NCBI GenBank assembly: GCA_965213625.1
Contig: CBDBZU010000004.1
Coordinates: 1,696,001-1,760,000, forward strand
Direction of reading: 5' to 3'
Source: a bacterium
GTDB taxonomy: Bacteria; UBA8248
DNA length: 64,000 nt
Shown here: in pieces, positions 21,009-31,629 of the stretch
Layout: each line of letters opens with the position of its first letter
Numbering within the stretch: position 1 is the stretch's first letter
Notes under the pieces: model-generated
Told to the model about the DNA's origin: nothing
The model's input: only the letters and a program-made list of their open reading frames with translations
Databases searched by the model: none
Program-made: the position numbers and the translations under genes

Positions 21009-21929
21009 ATGTACGAGAACGATCACAACGATGCCCAGCATGAATCTTTCACCGCCATGGTCTGCGAGCAGGCCGCACTATTCGGCGCGACACCGGGGCC
21101 GGACGAGTTCGACAACCGCCCCGTGTGGGACGAGGGCGAGGCAACCGCCGCCGTCATCAAGGCCTTCGGCGCACTCGCGGAAGCTGCGCCCGACGGCACG
21201 CAACTCGCGGATGAGCGAAGAAACCTCCTGTGGGGGTTCGTCAACACCCTCGACGCGCAGACACAACGCCTCGAGCGCGCCGCCGACAAACTCATCCCCG
21301 GCATCCGCGAACTGCAGCGCGAGCAGGACGGCTCCGAGATCAGGTCGCGCGAACTCGAACTCATGACCGACCGCGCCCAGAACCTGAACGACAGGCGCGA
21401 TGCGTTCGAGGGGCTCAGGGACACGGCCGCAGAGGCCTACCGCATCGAGACCGGCGAGGTATGGCGGCCGAGGCGAGGATCACACGTCTCACAGACCGGC
21501 AAACTGACCTCCGCCGTGATCGAGGCGCGCGACTTCCAGCGCGCCAGAAAGGACCGCGAGAACACCGCACACTTGCCGCAGGGAACTCTCGTCGCCGTCG
21601 CGGGAGGCAAGGAGGCGAGCGATGCGGGTAAAATCATCGCACACCTCGACCGCCTTAAGGCCAAGTACGCCGATGTCGTCCTCGTCCACGGCGGCGGCCC
21701 CGGTGCGGAGAAGATAGCGGCGGGATGGGCCGAGCGGAACGGCGTCAACCAGGTCGTGTGTAAACCGGATTGGGATGCCCACGGACGGGCCGCTCCCTTC
21801 CGCAGGAACGACGAACTCCTGGCACTCCTGCCCAAGGGCGTGATCGCGTTCCCCGGCAGCGGCATCACCGACAACCTCGTCGACAAGGCAAAAACCCTCG
21901 GCATCCCCGTCCAGAAAATCGTCGCCTGA
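21009..21929 (+). CDS. DUF2493 / YspA-cpYpsA SLOG-family protein
   Basis: C-terminal VAVAGG, LVHGG, AAPFRRND, AFPGSGIT; N-terminal coiled coil; AAGGAG RBS. Confidence 0.82.
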   Translation: MYENDHNDAQHESFTAMVCEQAALFGATPGPDEFDNRPVWDEGEATAAVIKAFGALAEAAPDGTQLADERRNLLWGFVNTLDAQTQRLERAADKLIPGIRELQREQDGSEIRSRELELMTDRAQNLNDRRDAFEGLRDTAAEAYRIETGEVWRPRRGSHVSQTGKLTSAVIEARDFQRARKDRENTAHLPQGTLVAVAGGKEASDAGKIIAHLDRLKAKYADVVLVHGGGPGAEKIAAGWAERNGVNQVVCKPDWDAHGRAAPFRRNDELLALLPKGVIAFPGSGITDNLVDKAKTLGIPVQKIVA

Positions 21930-22598
21930 TGCGGGAGCTCAACGGGTCGCGTCGCCCGGCGGCGCGGCCCGTTCTTCTCCTCCTTCATTTGCCGCTGTAC
22001 TTGCCTCCCCGTATTACTCTCCTCCTCTCCTCTCGCTCAGTCGCCGCGGCGGCTCCCGTTCGCCATCTTCTCCGGCGTCGATTCCCCTGTCGCTTGTCCC
22101 ACGGATTCGACCATCTGACGCCCTTCGGCGCTTCGGGTTACACACCGGAACGCAGCAGGCTGCGAAGTTCCGGCATACGACGACCGGGCTACTCTCCCGT
22201 CTCATGTCGGCGACACAGGGCGCCAGGCGCATTGCGGATCGAGCGTATGCTCAGAGCATACACAATCTTTCTCATCCCTGACGGCGCATGGCTGCGCAAG
22301 TCGCGCATGGATACCGGATCCGTCGCAATCGGTGGCGTTCCGTAATACAATGTGTTACGGCCCGCATTACGTTAGTATGCTTCCGATTCTGGCCGTTTCG
22401 CGGTGCGCCGGGGCCGCCACCTGTGCGGAGCGCTCTCTCGCAGATGGCCGCAAGCCCCTGAATACGGGACGTTGAATCGAGCGTAGACGGTCCCGGATAC
22501 GCCCTGATTTTCGCCCCGAACCAAGCCGTCGGAACCCGGAAAGGGCGAGCGATGCGGTCCGTATCGCCACCCGATCTTGTCCTGAGGAAGAGAAAAAG

Positions 22599-22985
22599 AT
22601 GACGCGAAACGACCCGAATCAGCCCGAAAAGAGCAAAAAATCAGCGGAAAAACCGGGCGAACCGAGAGCGCCGCACTCGGTTCGCTTCACCGGTTCGGAA
22701 TGGAAATTGATTAAACGAGCCGCCGAACTGCACGGTATTGCGGCCGGTGAACTCGTCCGCAACGGCGCGATGGCCGCTGTCGAGGAGCTGCTCGACGAGC
22801 CTCCAGAGGCCACCCTGTCGCATGGTCATGCCGCCCTCATCGAGTCCGTCTACCGCATGGTCTACGTGATGGCGACCCTGGATCGGGGACGATTGATCGA
22901 CGCCGGGCGCGGGAAAGAGCTCGAGGACCTCATCGCCGCGGCGCACAGAACGATGGCCGAGACCATGGACGAAGGCACAGGGTGA
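22599..22985 (+). CDS. Ribbon-helix-helix-like DNA-binding protein
   Basis: HSVRFTGSEWKLIKRAAELHGI..GELVR pattern resembles RHH/MobC-type regulators. Confidence 0.55.
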   Translation: MTRNDPNQPEKSKKSAEKPGEPRAPHSVRFTGSEWKLIKRAAELHGIAAGELVRNGAMAAVEELLDEPPEATLSHGHAALIESVYRMVYVMATLDRGRLIDAGRGKELEDLIAAAHRTMAETMDEGTG

Positions 22986-23298
22986 ATGCAGAGGGCGGCG
23001 CGATGCGTGCGTAAGCCGGTTTATCGGTTGCAAATTTGTTGCAAGAACCCGCGAATCGGGCCCGGTCGGACCGCGTTCAGAGCCCCAGGTCCATCTCGAT
23101 CCGCTTCCCGGGGCCGGGTTCGGGTGTCTTCGCGTGCGGCGTTTCCCGTCCGTTTTTCATGCCCGGGGAAGAGGAATCGGAGAGTCCATTCGGGTAAAGT
23201 CCAGATTGCACGGCAACCTTTCGGCCAAAGACACTTGAACACGGAACATTCCGAAGCCCGCTTCAAGAATGTCTCCAACTTGTGTTGCCGGCTTCTGT

Positions 23299-23318
23299 GT
23301 ATTATATTTATATATAAC
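23299..23318 (+). promoter_or_regulatory. Probable pemIK operator palindrome
   Basis: AT-rich dyad TTATAT-TTAT-ATATAA immediately before the antitoxin RBS. Confidence 0.55.
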
Positions 23319-23330
23319 TTGGAGGATTTC

Positions 23331-23588
23331 ATGCACACGACAAATCTGCGCAAAGTCGGTGGTTCCATCATGCTAGCCGTTCCACCTGCCCTTCTTGACC
23401 TCCTGAAACTCGGGGTCGGCGCGAAGGTGGAAATAGACGTGGAGGACGGTCGCCTGATCGTCGAGCCCAAAGCACGTCCCGTCTATTCACTCGATGAGCT
23501 TCTCGCGCAATGCGTAGAGACCTCTACGCAGCCCGCCGAGGACCGCGCCTGGATTGAGGCCAGACCAGTTGGCAAAGAGTTGTTGTAG
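23331..23588 (+). CDS. pemI: PemI/MazE-family antitoxin
   Basis: MHTTNLRKVGGSIMLAVPP AbrB fold; YSLDELLAQC; ends GKELL. Confidence 0.9.
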   Translation: MHTTNLRKVGGSIMLAVPPALLDLLKLGVGAKVEIDVEDGRLIVEPKARPVYSLDELLAQCVETSTQPAEDRAWIEARPVGKELL

Positions 23589-23920
23589 TGAAGCGGGGTG
23601 AAATCTGGCTCGTCAGCCTCGACCCCACCGCAGGCCATGAACAACAGGGTACCCGTCCGGTACTGATCGTATCCCCAGACCCGTTCAATAGACTCACCGG
23701 GACGCCCGTGGTCTTGCCGATCACATCGGGCGGCGACTTTGCGCGCAGGGCAGGTTTCGCAGTTTCTCTCTCGGGCGCGGGTACCCGAACAACCGGTGTC
23801 GTCCGTTGCGACCAGCCGAGGTCCCTTGATCTCGCTGCCCGCAACTGGGCGCGTCTCGAAACCGTTCCTGAACTTATTATGGACGAAGTGCTTGCCCGAA
23901 TCGCCACCATCCTCGAATAA
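23588..23920 (+). CDS. pemK: PemK/MazF-family endoribonuclease toxin
   Basis: RGEIWLVSLDPTAGHEQQGTRPVLIVS, PITSGG, CDQPR. Confidence 0.92.
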   Translation: MKRGEIWLVSLDPTAGHEQQGTRPVLIVSPDPFNRLTGTPVVLPITSGGDFARRAGFAVSLSGAGTRTTGVVRCDQPRSLDLAARNWARLETVPELIMDEVLARIATILE

Positions 23921-24354
23921 AAAGTGATTGTTCGTCTTCAAGGCCGGACGGCACTTATCAGTGATTTCCCGTTTCGGGTCCCAGTTCTTGCGAATAACGC
24001 TAATTTGCCAATGCAATAGAGGGAGCGGCACCGATTGGCTTAATCGGTCCTGGTTCAGGGAGAGGTGAGGAGCGAAATTTCGTGCCTTGGAGCGTCAGGT
24101 GGGAAGATCGGTAAACGTAATGAATGTGATCGTACGTCAGCTTCATTTTTTTCTCCTGTTGGGTATGGATGAAAAAATTGGGGAATTGTAACCCAAAGTT
24201 GACAAGATTTTTAGGATAAATATCTACCCCGCTATTGGACTATTTCTACAGAGCGCCTGGCCTTTTTGTACTCGACATTCAAACGATGTACCGTCTTAAT
24301 CAACTCGGAAGACTTGCCGAAAACTACGAACATCAACTTATTTTTCCAATGGAT

Positions 24355-24729
24355 TGCAGTTGAAAAACTTCCATGAGGAAGCCTTTTTTGATCCGTTCGA
24401 TGCACCACCATGATAAGAGCTTCAAATTCTTCGGCGGGTAGATTCTGGATTTCATCAATCAAGATGATGATCGAAGATTTGCGCGCCTTCGCTGCCTCGC
24501 CCGCGGCGACAAACACCTCGGCAAAATCACGGGCTAGCGTGCCGCTGTCGGCAACTCCTGGTTCACCATCTATGTCTAAGAAAAATTCAATATCCTCAAC
24601 CTTGATCTTGACCGCACCAACAAAACTCTTTAGAACGCGCAAACTCCTTTTTACATGTTCACTAACCCCCTTGATTCGATCAAGCTTCAGCAAGATCGAG
24701 CGCAAAGTGGCAATAATCGTTTTCGACAA
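24355..24729 (-). pseudogene. Internal fragment of an AAA+ ATPase
   Basis: Walker B IILIDEIQ but no Walker A or start; runs into an IS-end-like TTTTTCAAC motif. Confidence 0.6.
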
Positions 24730-25218
24730 AATTCGTTCGTGCTGATTTCGATAAAGTCTGTGAGTGCGTATTCTTTAGATTTTGTTTGGAGGTGTAGCTA
24801 TTGAACTCAAGAGGAATTGAGAAGGGCTATAAGTCTTAGTGAATCAGAATCAATGCCTACTTGGTTGCCGGTTTCAGATACAGCATAACGTGCTCACCGC
24901 TCAATACAAGATATTGATTTCACTTCGTCATGTGTATAATCACGGATAAAATCGCGGAGTCTACTGGTGATGGGGTTCAATACGAGCGTCGGCGCCTTCG
25001 TATACTTGATCGAATACCATCACCTGAAAGCCGGAGTTTCTATTGATTTATTGGTCAGGCTCGGAAGTGAAGCGGTGAAATTGAAGTTCCTGGTGCACAC
25101 AGCTATCGATGCTCGAGGACGTTAAATGTATGACCCGAGTCGTCCAATACGGCGTGTTAATTCGCAAGTCGTCTGGTGGTACTAGAGAAACACGAGCAAC
25201 TGACGAGGAGGTGACTTC

Positions 25219-25518
25219 ATGAACCCCAAAATAACCATACCGAAACCCGCGCTTTCCGCCTTCTGTCGGGAGAACGGTATCCGCCGGCTTTCCGTCTTCG
25301 GCTCGGCCTTGGGTGAGGATTTTGGACCCGGGAGCGATATAGACCTTCTCGTCGAATTCGAGCCGGAAGCTAGAATCGGCTTCATGAAACTGGCCAGGAT
25401 GCAAAGGGAGTTGGCGGCCATCATTCACCGCAAGGTGGATCTGGTTCCCCAAGATGGATTGAAGCCGAAAATACGAACGGAGGCGCTTTCGGGCGCGGAA
25501 GTGATCTATGCGGCGTGA
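25219..25518 (+). CDS. MntA-type minimal nucleotidyltransferase antitoxin
   Basis: VFGS.....F..GSDIDLLVEF, RKVDLV; GGAGGTGA RBS. Confidence 0.9.
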   Translation: MNPKITIPKPALSAFCRENGIRRLSVFGSALGEDFGPGSDIDLLVEFEPEARIGFMKLARMQRELAAIIHRKVDLVPQDGLKPKIRTEALSGAEVIYAA

Positions 25519-25864
25519 GGAACTCTACCTCGCCGACATGCTGGAGGCTGCGGACGCCATCGGCCGATTCCTTCTGGAAACCGAGCAACATTCGTTCATC
25601 GCGGACGACCTGCTGCGTAGCGCCGTCCTGCATAAATTGGCGGTCATCGGCGAAGGAGCAACCCGGTTGTCCGATGCGTTTCAGGCGCGCCATCCCCAAA
25701 TCGAATGGGGAGACATCGTGGCGTTTCGCAACATCATCGTTCACGCCTACTTTTCTGTGGATTGGCCTATCGTCTGGGTGACGGCGACACAGGACGTTCC
25801 GGAACTTCGGCGCGGAATCGCCCGGATACTTGCGGAAGAATACCCCGACTGGGAAGCACGGTAA
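25508..25864 (+). CDS. HepT-like HEPN (DUF86) ribonuclease toxin
   Basis: IGE, FRNIIVHAY (RX4HXY); overlaps the MNT gene. Confidence 0.9.
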   Translation: MRREELYLADMLEAADAIGRFLLETEQHSFIADDLLRSAVLHKLAVIGEGATRLSDAFQARHPQIEWGDIVAFRNIIVHAYFSVDWPIVWVTATQDVPELRRGIARILAEEYPDWEAR

Positions 25865-26196
25865 CCTTCCTCGAGCCGCGCAGAAACAATAAACGGCATG
25901 GAACCAGATGGGCGCGAAGGGGAGAACAATCTAGTCAGGCGGATATGTCGTCCCGCCCCTGAACTCTCAAACGCCCTTGTCCGCAGGTGTGGTGACTCCG
26001 ATTTCTCCGCGCAGGAGGCGCCTGAAGGTGGCCCGTCGCCACCCGTTCCTGCACCGGGCGATCCTGCGTCCGACGCGGTTCCGCCTGCCGGCGGGCATCG
26101 AAGCCGAGCGCCCGTCGATCCAAGAGGTATATTCCGCTTGGCGCTGCTCGATGAGCGAAACCCGGCCGTCCCGTTGATGCGGCGTTTCGAGGAGAA

Positions 26197-27035
26197 TTGA
26201 CACGCGAACAGCGCGCTGCCACAGATTCCCTGTTCGCGCACGAGACCGGCGTAAGTGCCGCCGCGTCCGGGTTCGGCAAGACGGTCGTCGCAGCATTGAT
26301 GATAGCTGAGCGCGGCGTGAAGACGCTCATCCTCGTTCATCGCCGCCAGCTGATGATGCAGTGGATTGCGCGGCTTGGTGTTTTTCTCGATCTTACTACT
26401 TCCGCCATCGGACGGGCCGGGGGCAGGAAACGCAAGCTTAGCGGGGTCATAGACGTCGCCACGCTCCAGAGTCTGGAGCGCAAAAACGTGGTGGACGACC
26501 TCGTCGCCGACTACAGGCACCTCGTGGTCGACGAGTGCCACCACTTATCTGCGGTGAGCTTCGAGGTGGTGGCGCGCCGCGCCAGGGCGAGGTACGTGCT
26601 CGGGTTGTCTGCGACCATCATGCGCAAGGAGCACGCCGGGGAACTCGCCGGGAAGATCGGGCGCTTCGCGCGAAACGTCCTGCTCTTCAGAGGCGGCATG
26701 GAAGAGAGAGCGCCGCGAGATCATGCAGCGCCTGGAAGACATACCCGACGGCGAGGAGCGGGTACTGGTCGTGACCGGCCGCTATATCGGAGAGAGATTC
26801 GACGATGTCCGCCTCGACATGCTGTTCCTCGCGATGCCCGTGTCGTGGCGGGGAACGCTGGCCCAGCACTTCGGCCGCCTGCACCGGCTCCATTCAAAAA
26901 AACGCGAAGGTGCTAGTCTACGAATATATCGACGACGCGGTGCCGGCGCTCAGGCGTTATGGGCGGCAGTCGCGTCAAGGGCTACGAGAGCCTCGGCTAC
27001 ACAGTCGAGTGGCCCGGCGTCCCAAGCGGAACGTG
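26197..27035 (+). pseudogene. SF2 DEAD/DEAH (ResIII-like) helicase remnant
   Basis: GFGKT, DECHH, LSAT in one frame; TGRYIGE.FD..LD.LFL and GRLHR in a second; VYEYID in a third; internal deletion after LSAT. Confidence 0.8.
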
Positions 27036-27449
27036 AACTTACAGGCCCGGGCGAGTATGGCGCTGACGTTATTACGGTCGCGTGATCCGGACAAGGTGAA
27101 GATATAGGCCTGCCTGACGGCGGCAGGCGATCTCAAACGGTTCAGTGCCGCTCATTTTTCTAGGTTATGTACCCCTTGGAGGGCTCTTGCATCAACTGGA
27201 ATCGCCGTACGAATATCCATGAAGCTTACAAACCCCACGGTCTCGATCTACCTGAACCCAAGTAATACAAACCGTTCCGAACCCAATTCCTCACCTTATT
27301 TCATAAAGCAGGTGGTTTATGTACGTGGGGCAGTCCTTGGGAGGAGCTGCCACCTGCGAATCAATCATTCTCTTTGGGCCTACTCCCCCACCCCTGCATA
27401 AATATATCCTTGTCCTGAGGCGAGGAATGCTTCAAAGAACTCCACACAC

Positions 27450-27478
27450 AAAAAACCGGGGGGCCGAAGCCCCCCGGT
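27450..27478 (-). terminator. Rho-independent terminator of the element porin
   Basis: ACCGGGGGGC-TTCG-GCCCCCCGGT plus T-run; same hairpin as at 33355. Confidence 0.88.
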
Positions 27479-27519
27479 CGTCATCGCGTCAGGTAAGGAC
27501 TCGAGCGTCCTTCATGCTG

Positions 27520-28746
27520 CTAGAATGAATGCCTCAACCGCCAGCTGACCACCCACCCGTCATCGGGCTCAGTCGCGTTGGCCGCTCTGCCGTAGTCGCC
27601 GCGCAGGATGACGGCGCCAACAGCGCGAAGCTCGGTACGCGGATGTATTTTCCACTTGAAGCCGGCGTTGAGCTCGGTGCCGAATTCCTTGGAAGTATCC
27701 ATATTATCTCCGGGATGACTTTCTGCGGAGTTGTAAACGGATACGCCACCACCCAGCGAAAATGTTTTGCTGATCTTGTACTCGCCTATTCCCTCGAGCA
27801 CAACCGCGCCGTTCAAATTTTTCAAAGTAACGTCTTTCAGATCGTTATTGATACTATCCCAGCGGCGCGAACTCATGATGTGAGAACCGTGGAGCCAACC
27901 GGAACCATTGTTTTGAGGGAAATGGAATTTACCCGTTTCGCCGTCTTTGCCTTCGTCATCGCCGGAGAGCATCGTGAGGTTGCCCTCGAGTTTCAGCTTG
28001 CCCAGGCTTGCGGAAGTCCTCACCAAGACGGCCCATCCCGAAAGATCCGTCCCTCCATCGAGCTCACCATCCTGGCCGACGACCGAGGCGTTCAAGTTGA
28101 AGATGCCTACCTTGCCCTTGGCGTGGAGACCGAAGAAGCTGTAGTCATAACCGTTATTCGCTCCGTTTCTGGAATTGGCCAGCCAAGGAGAGAGCGTGAG
28201 AGTGGGCGACACTTTGACGCCCACGCTGGCATAGTAATCCTCTTTATCGGCGTTGGCTTCGCTCTTGTCTTCACTAGCCTTGACATAAAACATGCTGAGC
28301 GACATGTTCTTGCTGAGCTTGCCATAGACCCCGACGCCCGGCTCGCGAGTCCGTCCGCCGCTGTCGTAGATTTCCTTATCTGGCGAGAAGCGATCCCAAC
28401 GGCCCCAACGCATGCGGAGCGTGCTGCCCGGGATCGCGAAGTCGATCGCCCAGCGGTTCACACCTAGGGTCTGACGACTGGCATTGGTGAAACCGCCGTG
28501 CGGGCTTTGAAATTCGGGCTCCCACACGGTTGTGACTGCGCCGCTCTTCACCGTGAATCGCGGGCGGATGAGCGCTTCGAGGTAATTATCCTTGTCGTCT
28601 GCGTCATCGTCCCCGTCTTTGTTGGCGTTATTGCTGGTGCCGCGCACCTGATAGAGACCGGTCATCTTGAAGTCGGCCGCATACGAGGGCAAGGTGAATG
28701 ACAAGACGAGCGCCATCGCAAATAGAGCTAACAGAATTTTCCTCAT
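27520..28746 (-). CDS. Outer-membrane beta-barrel porin, element-borne allele
   Basis: Signal peptide ending SYA, amphipathic beta strands, C-terminal W.LRHSF; colinear homolog of 32084-33313. Confidence 0.82.
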   Translation of the reverse strand: MRKILLALFAMALVLSFTLPSYAADFKMTGLYQVRGTSNNANKDGDDDADDKDNYLEALIRPRFTVKSGAVTTVWEPEFQSPHGGFTNASRQTLGVNRWAIDFAIPGSTLRMRWGRWDRFSPDKEIYDSGGRTREPGVGVYGKLSKNMSLSMFYVKASEDKSEANADKEDYYASVGVKVSPTLTLSPWLANSRNGANNGYDYSFFGLHAKGKVGIFNLNASVVGQDGELDGGTDLSGWAVLVRTSASLGKLKLEGNLTMLSGDDEGKDGETGKFHFPQNNGSGWLHGSHIMSSRRWDSINNDLKDVTLKNLNGAVVLEGIGEYKISKTFSLGGGVSVYNSAESHPGDNMDTSKEFGTELNAGFKWKIHPRTELRAVGAVILRGDYGRAANATEPDDGWVVSWRLRHSF

Positions 28747-29001
28747 GTGTATTTCTCCTCATCGAGGTTTCAAAAAAATGTTGCCGCCTTCCTTCGTTTT
28801 AATGTCCTGATTGTTCGATGCTTCTGAATCTGTGCTTCGTCGCCTGAAACAGGGCTTCCCGCTCTCACATCACCCCCTCTCTTCAATACTGCCCCGTACG
28901 TCGACAAGGTTCTATCGAGCGATCTGATAATTGCCGCTTATGTAGACACTATCCCATTAGTAAAAATAGTCATTCCATTCTTCATTTCTCAAAAGAATAG
29001 A
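28720..29001 (-). repeat. 282-bp inverted repeat, copy 1 (core site, -10 box, leader, first porin codons)
   Basis: Reverse complement of 31829-32110 with no mismatch seen by eye. Confidence 0.93.
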
Positions 29002-29278
29002 AAAGATATGATTTAAAAGCTAAAACGCCGACAATCATGCGCATGGATGCGCTCATGCATGATAAATACATGTTTTTAATTTATTTATAATTACACTTTC
29101 TTCCGCGTTGCCTCTTGCGCCATCGCCAGATTTGTGCTGGAATGCGCTCTCAGTTGATGCGGGACGTATGCGTTATGATGACGTATTTTGACGGGAGCGC
29201 CGCACCGGAGCATGCGGATGGGCGTTCCCGCAGACCGCCGCAGGCATGCGGTTTGATGACACACCGGAGGGAGGAACC

Positions 29279-30463
29279 ATGCCGAGGAGAAGCGAATTCA
29301 GGCTCACCAAGCGCGCCGTCGACGCGCTCGAAACCGAACGCCGCGACGCCCTGTTCTGGGACCGGGATCTGGCCGGATTCGGGGTGCGCGTCCACGCCAC
29401 GGGACGGAAGGTTTTTGTCGCGCAATCGAGAGGCCCCAGGGGGATAAAACGCGTGACCCTGGGCCGTGACGGGGAGATGTCGTGCGAGGAGGCGAGGAGG
29501 CAGGCCGCCATCGTCATCGACCGCATTAAAAGCGGCGAGGACCCCGTCCCGAAGCCGCCTGAGGCGGAACCCACCCTGGGGGAGATCGCCGAACGCTTCA
29601 TGAGCACATACGTGGAGAGGCGCCTCAAGCCGGGCAGCGTCGTGGAGTACCGCACCATGCTGGACAAATACATCCTGCCAGCCCTGGGCGGGATGGCGCT
29701 GTCCGAGGTCAGGCGGGCGCAAATCTCCGCGTTTCATCACGGCATGCGCGGCATGCCGAGCCGGGCGAACACGTCGCTCCACGTCCTCTCCCGGATGCTC
29801 AGCCTGGCCGAGGCGTGGGACCTCATCCCGCCCGGACGGAACCCGTGCAGGGGAGTGCCGCTCTACAAGACGCGCTCGCGCGAGCGGTTCCTGACGACGG
29901 AGGAATACCGCCGCCTGGGCCGGACGTTAAAAGAAGCCGAGGCGGACGGCTCGATCTGGTCGCCCGCGATCAAGGCGATCCGGCTGCTCATGCTGACCGG
30001 ATGCCGGAGGAACGAGATACTGAACCTTAAGTGGGACGATGTGGACCGCACGGCGGGCGTTCTGAGGCTCAGGGACGCCAAGGCGGGCCCCCGCATGGTT
30101 CCCCTGACGAATCCCGTGCTGAGGGTTCTCGAGACGCTCCCCCGGAAGCGGGGCGAGCCATGGGTGATCCCCGGGCAGAACCCGGGCCAGAACCTGCGGA
30201 GCCTTCACTACTACTGGCGGCGCATACGGGAGCGGGCGGGTCTCTCCGACGTGCGGATCCATGACCTGCGCCATTCGTTCGCTTCGCGTGCGCTTGCGCT
30301 GGGCGAGAGCCTCTACACGATCGGCAAGCTTCTGGGACACGCGACGGTGCCGACGACGGCGCGCTACACGCACCTGATGCTCCGGGCCGAGAAGGATGCG
30401 GCCTCCCGTGTGGGGGGAAGCATCGGCGTTCACCTGACGAACGAGAAGGAGGAACTTGAATGA
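29279..30463 (+). CDS. Tyrosine recombinase/integrase 1 with arm-binding domain
   Basis: WD..LAGFGVRV N-terminus; TGCRRNE, DAKAG, HDLRH, LLGH, TTARY catalytic set intact. Confidence 0.95.
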   Translation: MPRRSEFRLTKRAVDALETERRDALFWDRDLAGFGVRVHATGRKVFVAQSRGPRGIKRVTLGRDGEMSCEEARRQAAIVIDRIKSGEDPVPKPPEAEPTLGEIAERFMSTYVERRLKPGSVVEYRTMLDKYILPALGGMALSEVRRAQISAFHHGMRGMPSRANTSLHVLSRMLSLAEAWDLIPPGRNPCRGVPLYKTRSRERFLTTEEYRRLGRTLKEAEADGSIWSPAIKAIRLLMLTGCRRNEILNLKWDDVDRTAGVLRLRDAKAGPRMVPLTNPVLRVLETLPRKRGEPWVIPGQNPGQNLRSLHYYWRRIRERAGLSDVRIHDLRHSFASRALALGESLYTIGKLLGHATVPTTARYTHLMLRAEKDAASRVGGSIGVHLTNEKEELE

Positions 30464-31629
30464 AGAAGCCGGGCACGATGGTGCTGTCGAGCCGGATGGT
30501 GGAGAAGTTTGCCGTGGAAAAAGACACGGTGTACTGGGATAGTTACGTCACCGGCTTCGGCGTCAGGGTGTATCCGAGCGGGAGCAAGGTCTACATCGCC
30601 CAGGCGCGGGGGCCCGGGGGGCCGAAGCGCGTGACGATAGGCCGCCACGGGGTGATCAACGCGGATGAGGCGAGAAGGCGCGCGGCGCTCGTCATCAATC
30701 GCATCAAGTCGGGCGAGGAGGGGGTTCCAAAACAGACGAAGCCCGTGCCCGGTCCCACGGTGGCCGAAGCCGCCGCGCGGTATCTCGCCGAATACGTGGA
30801 GGTGCGCTGTAAGCCGCACACCGCCGCCATGACCCGGTCGCTACTCGGAAGACGCATCTTGCCCGCCCTGGGCGGGACGCCGCTCGCGGTGGTGGAGCGC
30901 GCGCAGGTGGCGGAACTGCACCAGAGCATGCACGAGACGCCCCCGACGGCGAACAGGACAGTCGGCATCCTCTCCGCGCTATACCGGTATGCCGAGAGGT
31001 GGGGCCTCATTCCCGAGGGAGCGCCGAACCCCTGCCGCGCCGTCGTCAAATTCCCCAAGCGACAGGGGGAGCGTTTTTTGACGGATGAAGAGTTCATCCG
31101 CCTGGGACGCACACTCGATGAGGTGGAGAAAAGCAAGCCGAAGTACGCGAACGCGGTGGCGGCGATCAGACTTCTGGCCCTGACGGGGTGCCGGAAGTCG
31201 GAAATCCTCACCCTGCGCTGGGAGAACGTGGCGCTGGAAGAGGGGGAATTGAGACTGCCCGATTCCAAGACGGGCGCCCGCGTGATATCGCTCCCGCCGC
31301 AGGCGGTCGCTCTCCTGGCCGCCCTGCCCCGGGAGGAAGGGAATCCCTGGGTGATTCGCGGCAGGAAGCCGGGCGTTCGCCTGATGAATATCTATGGCGT
31401 TTGGCACTACGTCCGAGCGCGGGCGGGTCTCGATGACGTGCGCCTCCACGACCTCCGCCACTCGTTCGCGTCCAGAGCGCTCGCGCTGGGCGAGAGCCTT
31501 CCGATGATCGGCAGGCTCCTGGGGCACAGCCGCATTGAGACCACGGCGCGCTACGCGCACCTAGCGCGCGATACCGCGTACGAAGCGGCCGAGCGGGTTG
31601 CGGCGAGCATCGAGAAAGACATACTATGA
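30460..31629 (+). CDS. Tyrosine recombinase/integrase 2 with arm-binding domain
   Basis: TGCRKSE, DSKTG, HDLRH, LLGH, TTARY; ATGA overlap with integrase 1. Confidence 0.95.
   Translation: MKKPGTMVLSSRMVEKFAVEKDTVYWDSYVTGFGVRVYPSGSKVYIAQARGPGGPKRVTIGRHGVINADEARRRAALVINRIKSGEEGVPKQTKPVPGPTVAEAAARYLAEYVEVRCKPHTAAMTRSLLGRRILPALGGTPLAVVERAQVAELHQSMHETPPTANRTVGILSALYRYAERWGLIPEGAPNPCRAVVKFPKRQGERFLTDEEFIRLGRTLDEVEKSKPKYANAVAAIRLLALTGCRKSEILTLRWENVALEEGELRLPDSKTGARVISLPPQAVALLAALPREEGNPWVIRGRKPGVRLMNIYGVWHYVRARAGLDDVRLHDLRHSFASRALALGESLPMIGRLLGHSRIETTARYAHLARDTAYEAAERVAASIEKDIL

Noticed and set aside
24190-24235. AAAGTTGACAAGATTTT as a fourth att/promoter site
   Set aside because: Resembles the P1/P2 -35 region but lacks the TCTATTCTTTT core and the dyad arms
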